A DNA stretch of 63,986 nt, filler included, from Limisphaerales bacterium (GTDB taxonomy: Bacteria > Verrucomicrobiota > Verrucomicrobiia > Limisphaerales > SIBE01): NCBI GenBank assembly GCA_044225505.1. It is 12 parts of 12 records of this genome, joined end to end, with 100 filler letters (N's around TTAATTAATTAA, not from the genome) between each part and the next. Parts side by side here need not be neighbours in the genome. Positions count along the whole stretch, not along the records: positions 6,175 to 11,890 come from JBGAIN010000294.1; positions 11,991 to 17,595 come from JBGAIN010000295.1; positions 17,696 to 23,255 come from JBGAIN010000296.1; 9 more parts are not named here. One strand, written 5' to 3'. Of this stretch, positions 10,392 to 19,986 are shown one piece after another; position 1 is the stretch's first letter, and every line of letters starts with the position of its first letter. The position numbers were made by a program, and so were the translations under genes. The notes under the pieces were generated by a model. It was not told the DNA's origin. It searched no databases and was given only the letters and a program-made list of their open reading frames with translations.

Positions 10392-11153
10392 TTATTTGGA
10401 GCGCTCGAGCGGCGGCCGCTGGAACACGAGGATGTGTTGCCGAGGTAGCACGCCGATGGTTTGCACCCATCGTAGCGGAAGAGTGTTCATCTCTTTCCGC
10501 ACTTGGGCTTCGGTCATCTTGTGAACCTCTTTGATCGGCACGTTCGGATCTTCCCCGCGATACTCGACAAAGACCACACGTCCGCCCGGCTTTAACGCCT
10601 GACAGATCGAGTGCATCATCTCGTGAGGGTGGGAGAATTCGTGATACACATCGACCATGATCGCCAGATCGATCGATGCCGGGGGTAATGCGGCGTTGGT
10701 GATGCTTCCAAGCACCGGCACCACGTTCGTGATGCCTCGCGCTTTCATGTTCCCGGCCAGGATCTCCAACATCTCCGGCTGCACATCGACGGCGTAAACC
10801 CGGCCGGTGTCCCCCACACCTTGAGCCATTCGCCAACTCAAGTAGCCACTGCCCGCGCCAATGTCCGCAACGGCTTGCCCCCGCTGCAAAGCCAAGGCTT
10901 GCAACAGAATGCTCGGACGCTCCTCCTCCTCCCGCTCGGGACGTTCGAGCCATTCCGCGCCTTGATGCCCCATCACCTGAGCGATTTCACGGCCATGGAA
11001 GAACTTCCCTGTCCCGTTGGGGTCGTGCGGTTCGCGGTATTCGTAGGTAGCGACCGCGGGTTCGGAAGCGGCCTGGCCGTGTAATAGCGCCGGGAGACCA
11101 AGCAGAACGCAGCTCAGATTGAGCACAAACGCCCGGGGGAAGAATCGGCTCAT
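10392..11153 (-). CDS. Class I SAM-dependent methyltransferase with signal peptide
   Basis: VADIGAGSGY, YAVDVQ, VDVYHEF and LKPGG motifs. Confidence 0.9.
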   Translation of the reverse strand: MSRFFPRAFVLNLSCVLLGLPALLHGQAASEPAVATYEYREPHDPNGTGKFFHGREIAQVMGHQGAEWLERPEREEEERPSILLQALALQRGQAVADIGAGSGYLSWRMAQGVGDTGRVYAVDVQPEMLEILAGNMKARGITNVVPVLGSITNAALPPASIDLAIMVDVYHEFSHPHEMMHSICQALKPGGRVVFVEYRGEDPNVPIKEVHKMTEAQVRKEMNTLPLRWVQTIGVLPRQHILVFQRPPLERSK

Positions 11154-11206
11154 TGGCGTGGGTCGCTACGGGGCCGGTCAGGGTTACAGGATCTCCCGTC
11201 CGACGC

Positions 11207-11890
11207 CTATGTCTTTTTCAGAGTAAAACCAGGCGGCAACTTTGGCCCCGAAGAGGGCTCGGGCGGAGCTTCTGCCATGGGTGCTTCGGGCTGGGCTCCA
11301 AGGCCAAGGTCTTCCAGGCGTTTACGGGCCTTCTCAGCGGCCGCGGTATTGCCGTATTCCGAATCGATCCGTTGGAGCAAGGCGAGACACTTTTCGTGTT
11401 GGTGAAGCTTGGTGTAGAGATTGCACAGATGAATCGCGGCCCAGCCCCATTTTTCCGCCTGTAGCTTCTGTTTCAACACCTCTTCATACTCCAGCGCAGC
11501 GGCCAAAGGATTTGCCAGGTCTTTCTCGTAAATCTCCGCGATTCTCAGGGCCACGTGCTGTTCCCGAGGATTCTTTTTCAGGTATTCGCGCATCAGGCCA
11601 ATGGCCTCGAGGTGATTCCCATCCGCCCAAACTTGCTCGGCCACGTCGTATTCGGGATTGGCCATCCCCTCCCCTTCATCGTTGTAAAGCGCCTTCACAG
11701 CCCGGCCGCCCAAGTACTGGGCGACGTCGTGCCCGAGGAACAACCCAAGTCCCACCACCGAAACGAAGAAGCAGGCGCCGTAGGTGAGCATCCGCGCATA
11801 CCCCCCACGAGTGCGCGGACTTTCGTCCTTATTCAAAGCTGGCACTTCGGTGAGGCTGGACTGGGAAGCATCGGAAGGCTGATGCATCAA
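11207..11890 (-). CDS. Membrane-anchored TPR-like protein, 5' possibly truncated
   Basis: One TM helix followed by helical TPR-like repeats; reaches the contig edge. Confidence 0.7.
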   Translation of the reverse strand: MMHQPSDASQSSLTEVPALNKDESPRTRGGYARMLTYGACFFVSVVGLGLFLGHDVAQYLGGRAVKALYNDEGEGMANPEYDVAEQVWADGNHLEAIGLMREYLKKNPREQHVALRIAEIYEKDLANPLAAALEYEEVLKQKLQAEKWGWAAIHLCNLYTKLHQHEKCLALLQRIDSEYGNTAAAEKARKRLEDLGLGAQPEAPMAEAPPEPSSGPKLPPGFTLKKT

Positions 11891-11990
11891 NNNNNNNNNN
11901 NNNNNNNNNNNNNNNNNNNNNNNNNNNNNNNNNNTTAATTAATTAANNNNNNNNNNNNNNNNNNNNNNNNNNNNNNNNNNNNNNNNNNNN

Positions 11991-12268
11991 CCACGCTGCT
12001 GCAGTTTGAACGAAGCGAACTGGTCCGACGCGCGGTCATGGAGCTCTCGGAGGCGTATCGCAGCGTGGTGGTCTTGCGTCACTACGAAAATCTTAAATTC
12101 CGGGAGATTGCCGAAGTGCTCGGGGTCCCGGAAGGCACTGTCAAATCCCGCATGGCTGAAGCCTTGACGCAACTGCACCGAGCCCTGGGACCAGCTCTTT
12201 CGGAAAACCAATCGAGTTTATGTCATCATTCCAAGATCAAAAGGCCGGAACAAAGCCTGGCATTTTAG
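11991..12268 (+). CDS. ECF sigma-70 factor, region 4 (5' truncated)
   Basis: VVVLRHYENLKFREIAEVLGVPEGTVKSRM. Confidence 0.88.
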
Positions 12269-13023
12269 GTCACCCCACTCCCGAAGAGTGGATGGCGTTC
12301 CTTTACAAAGAATTGCCCCGGGATCGCGCGGCCGCGCTCCGCCAGCATCTGACCCAGTGCGGGACATGTCAGGGATCGCTCCGAGAATGGAACGCGGCGG
12401 TTGCGGACTTGAATCGCTGGCATGAGCCGGCAAACGTCCCGAACGAGCGCGTGGTCAAACTCCCGGCGATGGTCAAATGGGCGTTAGCCGCGCTCGTCTT
12501 GATCGGAATAGGGTTTTCCTTCGGTCGATTCTCGACTCCGCACGTGGATCTCCAGCAACTGCAAGCGGCCGTCGAAGGTTCGTTACGCACCACGCTCGTG
12601 GGTACGGTCCGGCAGGAAGTGCAGGCTCAATTGCTCGCCGACTGGAAAACGGCATTAAGCTCCACCCCATCCGCGACCCCGACCCCGTTTCAACGGGAAC
12701 TGCGCAAGGAGATGAGCGAGTGGGTGGGACAGCGTCTGGCGGCGGCGGCGTTAGGGCAGCAGCAAGTGCTGACCGAATTCGCGGCCGGCATTCAACAGAC
12801 TCGCGCTCAGGATCAGCAAACGTGGCTCACGTTGCTGGCTCAAGCAGAAGAACGTCATGATACCGAGCATTTAGGTTTGCGGCGCGCGCTCGAAACCGTC
12901 GCGCTCGTGGCTGCCGACAAGTTTCAGCGCACGGAGAGTGAATTGGGACAATTGGCGTCCCTGACTCAAGCCAACTGGACGTCGGAGGCGTCCGAACCCT
13001 TGAAGAACACGGTAAATCCTTAA
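12220..13023 (+). CDS. Zinc-finger anti-sigma factor with TM helix and coiled coil
   Basis: HLTQCGTC (Hx3Cx2C) motif and a TM segment; follows the ECF sigma gene. Confidence 0.8.
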   Translation: MSSFQDQKAGTKPGILGHPTPEEWMAFLYKELPRDRAAALRQHLTQCGTCQGSLREWNAAVADLNRWHEPANVPNERVVKLPAMVKWALAALVLIGIGFSFGRFSTPHVDLQQLQAAVEGSLRTTLVGTVRQEVQAQLLADWKTALSSTPSATPTPFQRELRKEMSEWVGQRLAAAALGQQQVLTEFAAGIQQTRAQDQQTWLTLLAQAEERHDTEHLGLRRALETVALVAADKFQRTESELGQLASLTQANWTSEASEPLKNTVNP

Positions 13024-13035
13024 CCTAGAATCCCT

Positions 13036-14034
13036 ATGAAGATCCTGATTACGGCCTTGGTTTTATCTACATCGCTCGGTTGGGCAGCAGAGTATGCGGA
13101 ATCCGAAGACGCACCGGTAGCTGGAGAAGAACAAGAAATCGTCGTCAAACAAAACCTTGACCGCTTAATGGAACATACGAAACGGCTCAAGGAACACGTG
13201 GCCAAGCAGGCCGAACACGCCATCGAGCTGGCCAAATCGAAGATCGCTCTGGCTGAACTCTCGGAACCTGGCGAACTCGGAGACATCCCCGCAATTGAAA
13301 ACGGCGTCGGCTTTGCCTTTGCGGGCGGCAACCGCGCTGCCACTCAACCCCTCTTAATCCGAACGAGCGACCTCGATCCCGCAACGACGGCCAACCTTCA
13401 GGAAGACTTGGCGGTCATGTCCCGCATTCTCAGCAAGAATGTCGGAAAAGAAGGACACGACTCTGCCATGGGCATCGTCATCTCCGCGATTCCCGGAATG
13501 CGGCGGCCCCAAAGTCTTTACCTGGAAGGGTACGGAGCCCTCTTTATGCTGAGCGTCAAATTCCCGCTGGTCCCCGCCGTGCCCACGAATGACACGACTC
13601 CGGAGAAGCCAGTGGATACGACTTGGGAAGAGACAAAACGCGAGCTCAATGGAGGCAAACCGGGGAACTTCCGCGTGTTCACTTTACCGCCGGGCGCCGA
13701 TGCCACGGCCGAGTTCAGTCAGGAGCAAGTCGACAATTTGAAGCGGGAGTTGATCGAATCATTGAAAAACGCCAGCAACATTCGCAACCTGAAGCCGGAT
13801 GAATTTGTGACTGTGGTGGTGCTAGGCAATCGCGCGAGCGGCGGTGGAACTCGCGTCAAGCGCGCCACGGCCCGCGGCGGCGCACCGAAGAAAGTCGACG
13901 TTTACGTCACGGCAGAGGCCAAGCGCGAGAGCACCCTCACGCTTCGCGCCAAGAAATCCGACATCGACGCATTCGCCAAAGGCACCGTTGACGAAGCAGA
14001 GTTTACGAAGCGCACATCCGTCTCAGCCTACTAA
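13036..14034 (+). CDS. Hypothetical exported protein in the ECF/anti-sigma operon
   Basis: Signal peptide, 332 aa, 12 bp after the anti-sigma gene. Confidence 0.7.
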   Translation: MKILITALVLSTSLGWAAEYAESEDAPVAGEEQEIVVKQNLDRLMEHTKRLKEHVAKQAEHAIELAKSKIALAELSEPGELGDIPAIENGVGFAFAGGNRAATQPLLIRTSDLDPATTANLQEDLAVMSRILSKNVGKEGHDSAMGIVISAIPGMRRPQSLYLEGYGALFMLSVKFPLVPAVPTNDTTPEKPVDTTWEETKRELNGGKPGNFRVFTLPPGADATAEFSQEQVDNLKRELIESLKNASNIRNLKPDEFVTVVVLGNRASGGGTRVKRATARGGAPKKVDVYVTAEAKRESTLTLRAKKSDIDAFAKGTVDEAEFTKRTSVSAY

Positions 14035-14190
14035 GCGTCAGGCCGAGCTCTCTCGTTTATCCTTCTCTCGAGCGCAGAGCGCGGTTGTCCGCCGAAACTT
14101 CGGCGGAAGCCGCGCTCCATCGTTTTTGAAGAGGCACGTCGCGATCTCAGCGACCGTAAAAGATACTCGGCAACGGCGCCTCGCGGGGGT

Positions 14191-15678
14191 ATGGATACCC
14201 ACATGGCCAGTGGTTCCATTCTGCGAGTCGGACTTCTCATGTTCTCGACATCATTGCTCGCGTTGACTCTCGCGGCCGCCAGTGCCCCGTCGGAGAATCC
14301 CTCCCCGATCCCACTGCGCTCTCGCTTGGAATTGTTTGTCGACGATTCCCTGATCGAGCGACTGCAAGGCGCGACGTTGAAAATGCACTCCCCCACGCCA
14401 GCGGGAGAAGTTCTCCGGTTCGACCGGCCGTGGGAAGGTGCGTTTAGCGCATATGTCACGGTGATTCACGACGGGGACCTCTACCGCATGTATTACCGCG
14501 GATTGCCGATCTCAGGCCGCGATGGTTCCGAGGACGAAGTGACTTGTTACGCCGAGAGCCAGAATGGCATCTTGTGGACCAAACCCAACCTGCGCCTTTT
14601 CGAGGTGAAAGGCACTAAAGACAACAATGTCGTCCTGGCCGGACAAGCGCCATTTTCCCACAACTTCGCTCCGTTTCTCGACCGGCGGCCAGGTGTTCCA
14701 GCGGACCAGCGCTATAAGGCCATCGCTGGAACCTCACCCAAAGGGCTGTATGGCTTTGTCTCACCAGACGGACTGACCTGGCGCAAGCTCCGGGATTCGC
14801 CACTGATCGATAAAGGGGCGTTTGACTCGCAAAATGTCGCTTTCTGGTCGGAGTCGGAAGCTTGCTACGCTCTTTATCTGCGAACCTGGAGCAGCGGTGA
14901 GTTTCGCGGATATCGGACCGTTAGTCGTTCCACATCGGCCGACATGTTGCATTGGACCGACCCGGTAGAGATGACTTTCGGCAACGCCCCGTTGGAACAC
15001 CTCTATACCAGCCAGACTCACCCGTACTTCCGTGCCCCGCAGGTTTACATCGCTCTGCCCATGCGTTTCATGCCTGGGCGGAAGGTGCTCACCGCGGATC
15101 AAGCCCGTTCGCTGGGCGTCGACCCAGGATACGCGAGTGATTGCGCGGAGACGGTGTTTCTCACCAGCCGCGGCGGCAACACTTACACTCGCCAGTTTAT
15201 GGAAGGGTTCATTCGGCCTGGCGTCGACTTGGGCAACTGGGCATCGCGCGCTGGGTTGTCCGCGCTTGGTGTCGTCCCGACGTCGCGCACGGAAATGTCT
15301 CTCTACAAACAAGCGCACTACGCGCAGCCGACCGCTCACCTGCAGCGCTACACCCTTAGAACGGATGGTTTCGTTTCCGTCAACGCTCCGTTCGCGGGTG
15401 GCGAGTTCTGGACGAAGCGCTTTACGTTCGAAGGCCAGGAACTCGTGGTAAACTTTTCCACGGGAGCGGCCGGCAGCGTGCGCCTGGAACTGCTGGACAA
15501 TTCGGGCAAGCCGATTCCTGGCTATGGACTGGCGGACGCAGGCGAACTCATCGGCGATGACGTCGCCCGGGTGGTCACCTGGCCGTCCAACTCTGATCTG
15601 AAACAACTCGTCGGCCTTCCGGTCCGCTTGCACGCGGTCATGAAAGATGCCGATCTCTACGCGCTACAATTCCACTGA
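14191..15678 (+). CDS. Exported glycoside-hydrolase-like beta-propeller protein
   Basis: ELFVDD, YRMYYRG, Asp-box-like SPDGLTW and SADMLHW, LRTDGFVS. Confidence 0.7.
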   Translation: MDTHMASGSILRVGLLMFSTSLLALTLAAASAPSENPSPIPLRSRLELFVDDSLIERLQGATLKMHSPTPAGEVLRFDRPWEGAFSAYVTVIHDGDLYRMYYRGLPISGRDGSEDEVTCYAESQNGILWTKPNLRLFEVKGTKDNNVVLAGQAPFSHNFAPFLDRRPGVPADQRYKAIAGTSPKGLYGFVSPDGLTWRKLRDSPLIDKGAFDSQNVAFWSESEACYALYLRTWSSGEFRGYRTVSRSTSADMLHWTDPVEMTFGNAPLEHLYTSQTHPYFRAPQVYIALPMRFMPGRKVLTADQARSLGVDPGYASDCAETVFLTSRGGNTYTRQFMEGFIRPGVDLGNWASRAGLSALGVVPTSRTEMSLYKQAHYAQPTAHLQRYTLRTDGFVSVNAPFAGGEFWTKRFTFEGQELVVNFSTGAAGSVRLELLDNSGKPIPGYGLADAGELIGDDVARVVTWPSNSDLKQLVGLPVRLHAVMKDADLYALQFH

Positions 15679-15696
15679 CCGAACGTCCGCCCGAAC

Positions 15697-16881
15697 TCAC
15701 CCCAGAGGGTGCTCGCGTTTTGCGAGCGGCAAGTTGACCGTCGCACGACGAAGCGCAGATTCGTAAACGGCCATGACGCATTCGAGAGCCTTTGCGGCGT
15801 TCAAGCCACTGCACTGAGGCTCCCGTTCCGTCACGATGGCATCCAACCAATCTCGGACCACTCTGCGATTAGCCGGGCCAAAACCACGTTCATCCGCCGA
15901 AAGACCAATCGAAGGATCGCCCCGCAGCGGAGTCCATTCCTCGGAAATCTTAGCCTCGCTTGACGTCGTTACCCGGCGCTGAAAAACAGCCGGGTCAATG
16001 TCCAGCGCAATCCGCGCGGCGCCTTCGCTTCCGAGCAACTCGATTCCCCAGTGACCCAAGGTCTCTCGCAGCCGTTTCCGACTGGTAAAGGTCGCGGTCA
16101 CGCCTTTCGGAAATTGAAACCTGGCCTCAATTTCATCCCCCGCGATCCATCCGATCCTTTCGGACGCCGAGCGCCTATCCACGATGGTGATCTCGCGTCC
16201 TTGCTGCCACACTTGCGCAGAACAAGTCAGGACGTCCCCGGCTAAGAGTCGCATGGTATCAAAAATATGCGTCCCCAGGACCAGAAGATCTTCACCTCCA
16301 GCTCGGGCATCTTGCTTTCCCCAGGATCGCAATTGGATTAACTCTCCCAGAAGTCCATCGGCTAAAGCCTTTTGGAGATGGACAACGCAAGGCGCCAGCC
16401 GCATCTGGTGAGCGACGGCCAATCGTAATCCTCGACGGCGCGCGAGCGCCAAAATCTCATCGGCTTCGACCAGCGTGGTGGTGACCGGCTTCTCGCAGAG
16501 CACATGACAACCTTTGTTGAGCGCCGCCAAGATCATTTCGTGATGGCGCTCCGACCAACGAGGCGCAACCACAACGAGGTCCAAAGGTTCGCGTGCGAGC
16601 ATCTCTCGGTAGTCAGCGTAGTGGCGCTGGGCGTGAACGCGCTCCGCGACTCGAGCGCGTCCCACAGGGTCCGGATCGGCCACGCTCGTGACTTGCACTG
16701 AGTCGAATCCTTCCAGGGCGCGGTCCAGATTATGTCCGTAGTCCCCGGCGCCTGTGCAGCCGATGACCGCGGCGCGCCAGCGCTGGGCAGTTTGCGGGTA
16801 TAGGCATCTCGCAGACGCCCAACCCGCGAACGACGCCCAACCGGTTCGTTGGAGAAAATGCCGCCGGGATATCCAGGCCAT
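15697..16881 (-). CDS. Gfo/Idh/MocA oxidoreductase with Tat signal
   Basis: SRRHFL, HVLCEKP and GTHIFD motifs. Confidence 0.9.
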   Translation of the reverse strand: MAWISRRHFLQRTGWASFAGWASARCLYPQTAQRWRAAVIGCTGAGDYGHNLDRALEGFDSVQVTSVADPDPVGRARVAERVHAQRHYADYREMLAREPLDLVVVAPRWSERHHEMILAALNKGCHVLCEKPVTTTLVEADEILALARRRGLRLAVAHQMRLAPCVVHLQKALADGLLGELIQLRSWGKQDARAGGEDLLVLGTHIFDTMRLLAGDVLTCSAQVWQQGREITIVDRRSASERIGWIAGDEIEARFQFPKGVTATFTSRKRLRETLGHWGIELLGSEGAARIALDIDPAVFQRRVTTSSEAKISEEWTPLRGDPSIGLSADERGFGPANRRVVRDWLDAIVTEREPQCSGLNAAKALECVMAVYESALRRATVNLPLAKREHPLG

Positions 16882-17091
16882 ACAAACCTGATCAAAGACA
16901 GGAGGGATCTTCTCTTCAAGGGAAATGAGCAGCGAGCAACTTGCCAAACTGGGACAGGCGTGGAACAGGTATTCGGGAGGTCACAGTCGCCATGGCGGCT
17001 TTTCTCACCTATGATTTCAATGGACTGCTGCGTCTCGAATGGCGCTTCGAGAGGAAAGCTGATTGTTACCTTTGGGCGATGGGTTAGGACG

Positions 17092-17595
17092 ATGCGGGCA
17101 GGCTGGGCAAACGTTCTGGTGATGGCTGGGCTGACTGGAGCTTTGCCGGGGCCGGCGGCAGCCACGCCACCCGCCGGTTCCGGATTAAGCACAAACTGTG
17201 TGCAAGCTCCTGTGGGGATTGAAAACTGGTGGCCTGGGGACGTTTCGAATTAGCATGGAGCCCCCCCTCACTTTCAACGGCAGGATAGACGAAACGGCCT
17301 TGTTCAGCGCTCCGCTCGATATGGACAGTCTCGCGCCGATCGTCCAGGCGGGCGCGGCGGGGATTTGTAAAGGCCCAAATTTCATCGGCGTTGGCCATGC
17401 GCGAACTGGGCCAGTAACATTTGAAGTTCTCGGCCAGCGTAATAAAGACGTCGTGATTTGGATTTCTCAGGACTTAATAGTTTGGGAACCTGTCTTGCAG
17501 CTGACCAACCCTTCTGGGTTACTCGGCTTTGCCGCTCCGCCAAGCCCAGGGGTATCGCAACGGTTCTATCGGCTAAGCCCGCTGTCGACACGGAG
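17092..17595 (+). pseudogene. Internally deleted and frameshifted exported LamG-domain protein
   Basis: Signal peptide plus NCVQAPVGIENWWPGD* (LamG start) abuts FNGRIDETALF...AGAAGICK (LamG end) in another frame, followed by a SQDL..W...FYRL tail. Confidence 0.6.
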
Positions 17596-17695
17596 NNNNN
17601 NNNNNNNNNNNNNNNNNNNNNNNNNNNNNNNNNNNNNNNTTAATTAATTAANNNNNNNNNNNNNNNNNNNNNNNNNNNNNNNNNNNNNNNNNNNN

Positions 17696-17956
17696 GACGT
17701 CTCGGGAATCCCTGGCACCTCGTATCCGATTCGTTTGGACGTCTTTGGGACCGTTGGGCCGAACGAGACGGTCTTTGTCAGTGGAGTAGGGGAAGACCTT
17801 GATTCCAAGACGACGTTCGGCACTGCTCTCATCACCGTTATCCCCGAACTTTCGGCGGTATGGTTGGTCTTGCCCGGACTGGTATGGATGTTATTCCTTC
17901 GCTCGCCTCTGATCACAAAGCTCTTGGACCGTAATTCGCGTCCTGCGGACTTCTAG
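17696..17956 (+). CDS. C-terminus of a PEP-CTERM-like sorted protein (5' truncated)
   Basis: VIPELSAVWLVLPGLVWMLFLR: PE(P)-like motif, TM helix, basic residue. Confidence 0.5.
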   Translation, partial: DVSGIPGTSYPIRLDVFGTVGPNETVFVSGVGEDLDSKTTFGTALITVIPELSAVWLVLPGLVWMLFLRSPLITKLLDRNSRPADF

Positions 17957-18128
17957 AATGGGCTTCGGAGAGGGGTTCTCCGAATCAAGAGTCAACATCC
18001 GGTTGTTCACAAAGGGTGGACCCCAGCTGGGCAGTTGACCGCTTCCTAGGTCTTAAGCTGGCACTTCGATTCCCGGGACGATCGCTTCGAGATGTCCGGA
18101 AATCCCAACTGTGGCTACCTTCAGTTAA

Positions 18129-19985
18129 GTGAACAGAGCGACGGATCAGGAACTTTTAGTAAGCTACGCGCGCGCGGGCTCCGATCCTGCATTTGCGCAA
18201 CTCGTGGAGCGCCACGTGGATCTGGTCTACAGCACTGCACTGCGGTTGGTCGTTGACCATCACCTGGCAGAGGACGTTACCCAGAGCGTGTTTGTGGCGT
18301 TAGCTGGAAGTGCTGCCAAGCTTCAACACTGCCGAAGCCTGGCGGGTTGGCTGCACGCCACCACTCGCAACCAGGCCGTGGTCGTCGTGCGCCGGGAAGC
18401 GCGTCGGCGAGTGCGCGAACGGGAGGCTGTAGATATGAACAGCAACGATGTTGCAGAGGCTGCTTTGTGGACTCAAATGCAGCCGTGGCTTGACTTGGCG
18501 CTCAGTCAACTCGCATCCAGCGACCGCGAGTTGATCTTGCTCCGTTACTTTCAACGCAAGACGGCGCGTGAAATCGCGGGGGTGCTCTGCCTGAGCGAGG
18601 ACGCGGCCCAGAAGCGCCTCAGCCGTGCTTTGGAGCGTTTGCGGATCGTCCTGGCTCGACACGGAGTGGGCGCATCGGCTGCCGCGCTCGGCGTGGCCTT
18701 GAGCGGGCATGCGGTCCTGGCAGCCCCGGCGGGATTAGCAGGCTCGGTCGCGTCTCACATTGTCAGCTTGGGATTGGCAACGACAACCGCTGGCACCGCG
18801 TCGGGAATTATCGCGCAACAGGCTCTCTATCTCATGGCTACCAAAAAACTCTTCACCGCCGGGACTATCATTCTCCTTGGGTTGGCTGTGGTACCTCTGG
18901 TCATACGCCCACGCGAGCGCGCCACTCAAACCTACGTGCAGTTTGAGCCGGCCACGCTCCCGAGTCGAGCTGGTGTTCAAATATCCGCGCCATTCCGCTG
19001 GAGCGATCTGGAATCGAGAGATTATCGCCAGTATATCGCGAACCTACGGTCCAGCGGCGCGCCCGAACAGCTGATTCGAGACACGGTCAGCTTGGAGATC
19101 TACCGCATCTATCTGCCCAAGCTCCGGGCAATCTGGGCGGAACGGCAGGGACAAGAGCGCCCTTATTGGCAAAAGCAGCTCGATGAACAGCTCTCACCTG
19201 ACCAGTGGAAACGCTTGCGTGATGTGCTTGATGATTGTGGCGCTGTGCTGGTGAGTCTTTTTGGGCCAGGCGCTCGGATGCAAGACGCCTTGAACGTGAT
19301 CACGTGTCAGCCGGATTTTTATAGTCTTCGGCTCGCCTGGTTACCGGATGAACCGCGGGCGAAAGCTGGAGCAATCTTAGAAGCGTTCGACTCGACCGTC
19401 AGCGCACTGGGCCACCGCGAGGAGTCGCAGACAGAAGTTGAGGAGCGGCAGGAAAAAAGGATCGCTGCTCTCCGCGACGTCTTGACTCCGGCGGAATTGG
19501 ATGAATTCCGTCTGCGCGAAGATCCCAATGCCTCTATAATCCGGATGTATACCCGTTATTCGGACCTGACCCCGGACGAGTTCTCGAAGCTGGTTAAGAC
19601 AGGACACAATCAACTGCTGGTGGGTGGGTTGACGTTAAATCAACAAAAAGAGAATCAAGCTAGACTGGCAAAAGTTCTCGGTGCCGAGCGCGCGGCCGCA
19701 GTGTTGAAGACTTCGGACCTGACGTACGCCGCAGCGCGAGAATGGGCCGAAACCCTGGGACTGCCGCTCGATGTTGCGGAACGAGCCTGGGAGTTGAAAT
19801 GGGAGGCGATCGCAGCGCACGATCAGCTGGTCAAAGCGCAAGAACTGCCTGCGGACGCACGTCAGAAACAGCTGACCGAGCTAGAGAGCAAAATGCGACT
19901 TGCCTTCGTCGAGTTGTTGGGTCCGGACGGGTTTCGCCAGATCCGGCGCGATGGCGCGTGGTGGGAAGTCATTAAACGAGACTAG
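18129..19985 (+). CDS. ECF sigma-70 factor with TM helix and long helical C-terminal extension
   Basis: DQELL, AFAQLVERHVDLVYS, AEDVTQ and EDAAQKRLSRAL; TM around aa 245-260. Confidence 0.88.
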   Translation: MNRATDQELLVSYARAGSDPAFAQLVERHVDLVYSTALRLVVDHHLAEDVTQSVFVALAGSAAKLQHCRSLAGWLHATTRNQAVVVVRREARRRVREREAVDMNSNDVAEAALWTQMQPWLDLALSQLASSDRELILLRYFQRKTAREIAGVLCLSEDAAQKRLSRALERLRIVLARHGVGASAAALGVALSGHAVLAAPAGLAGSVASHIVSLGLATTTAGTASGIIAQQALYLMATKKLFTAGTIILLGLAVVPLVIRPRERATQTYVQFEPATLPSRAGVQISAPFRWSDLESRDYRQYIANLRSSGAPEQLIRDTVSLEIYRIYLPKLRAIWAERQGQERPYWQKQLDEQLSPDQWKRLRDVLDDCGAVLVSLFGPGARMQDALNVITCQPDFYSLRLAWLPDEPRAKAGAILEAFDSTVSALGHREESQTEVEERQEKRIAALRDVLTPAELDEFRLREDPNASIIRMYTRYSDLTPDEFSKLVKTGHNQLLVGGLTLNQQKENQARLAKVLGAERAAAVLKTSDLTYAAAREWAETLGLPLDVAERAWELKWEAIAAHDQLVKAQELPADARQKQLTELESKMRLAFVELLGPDGFRQIRRDGAWWEVIKRD

Positions 19986-19986
19986 G

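Noticed and set aside
18093..18097. TGTCC upstream of two ECF genes (also 27673) as an autoregulatory -35
   Set aside because: Only 5 bp and no shared -10 element, so too weak to call.
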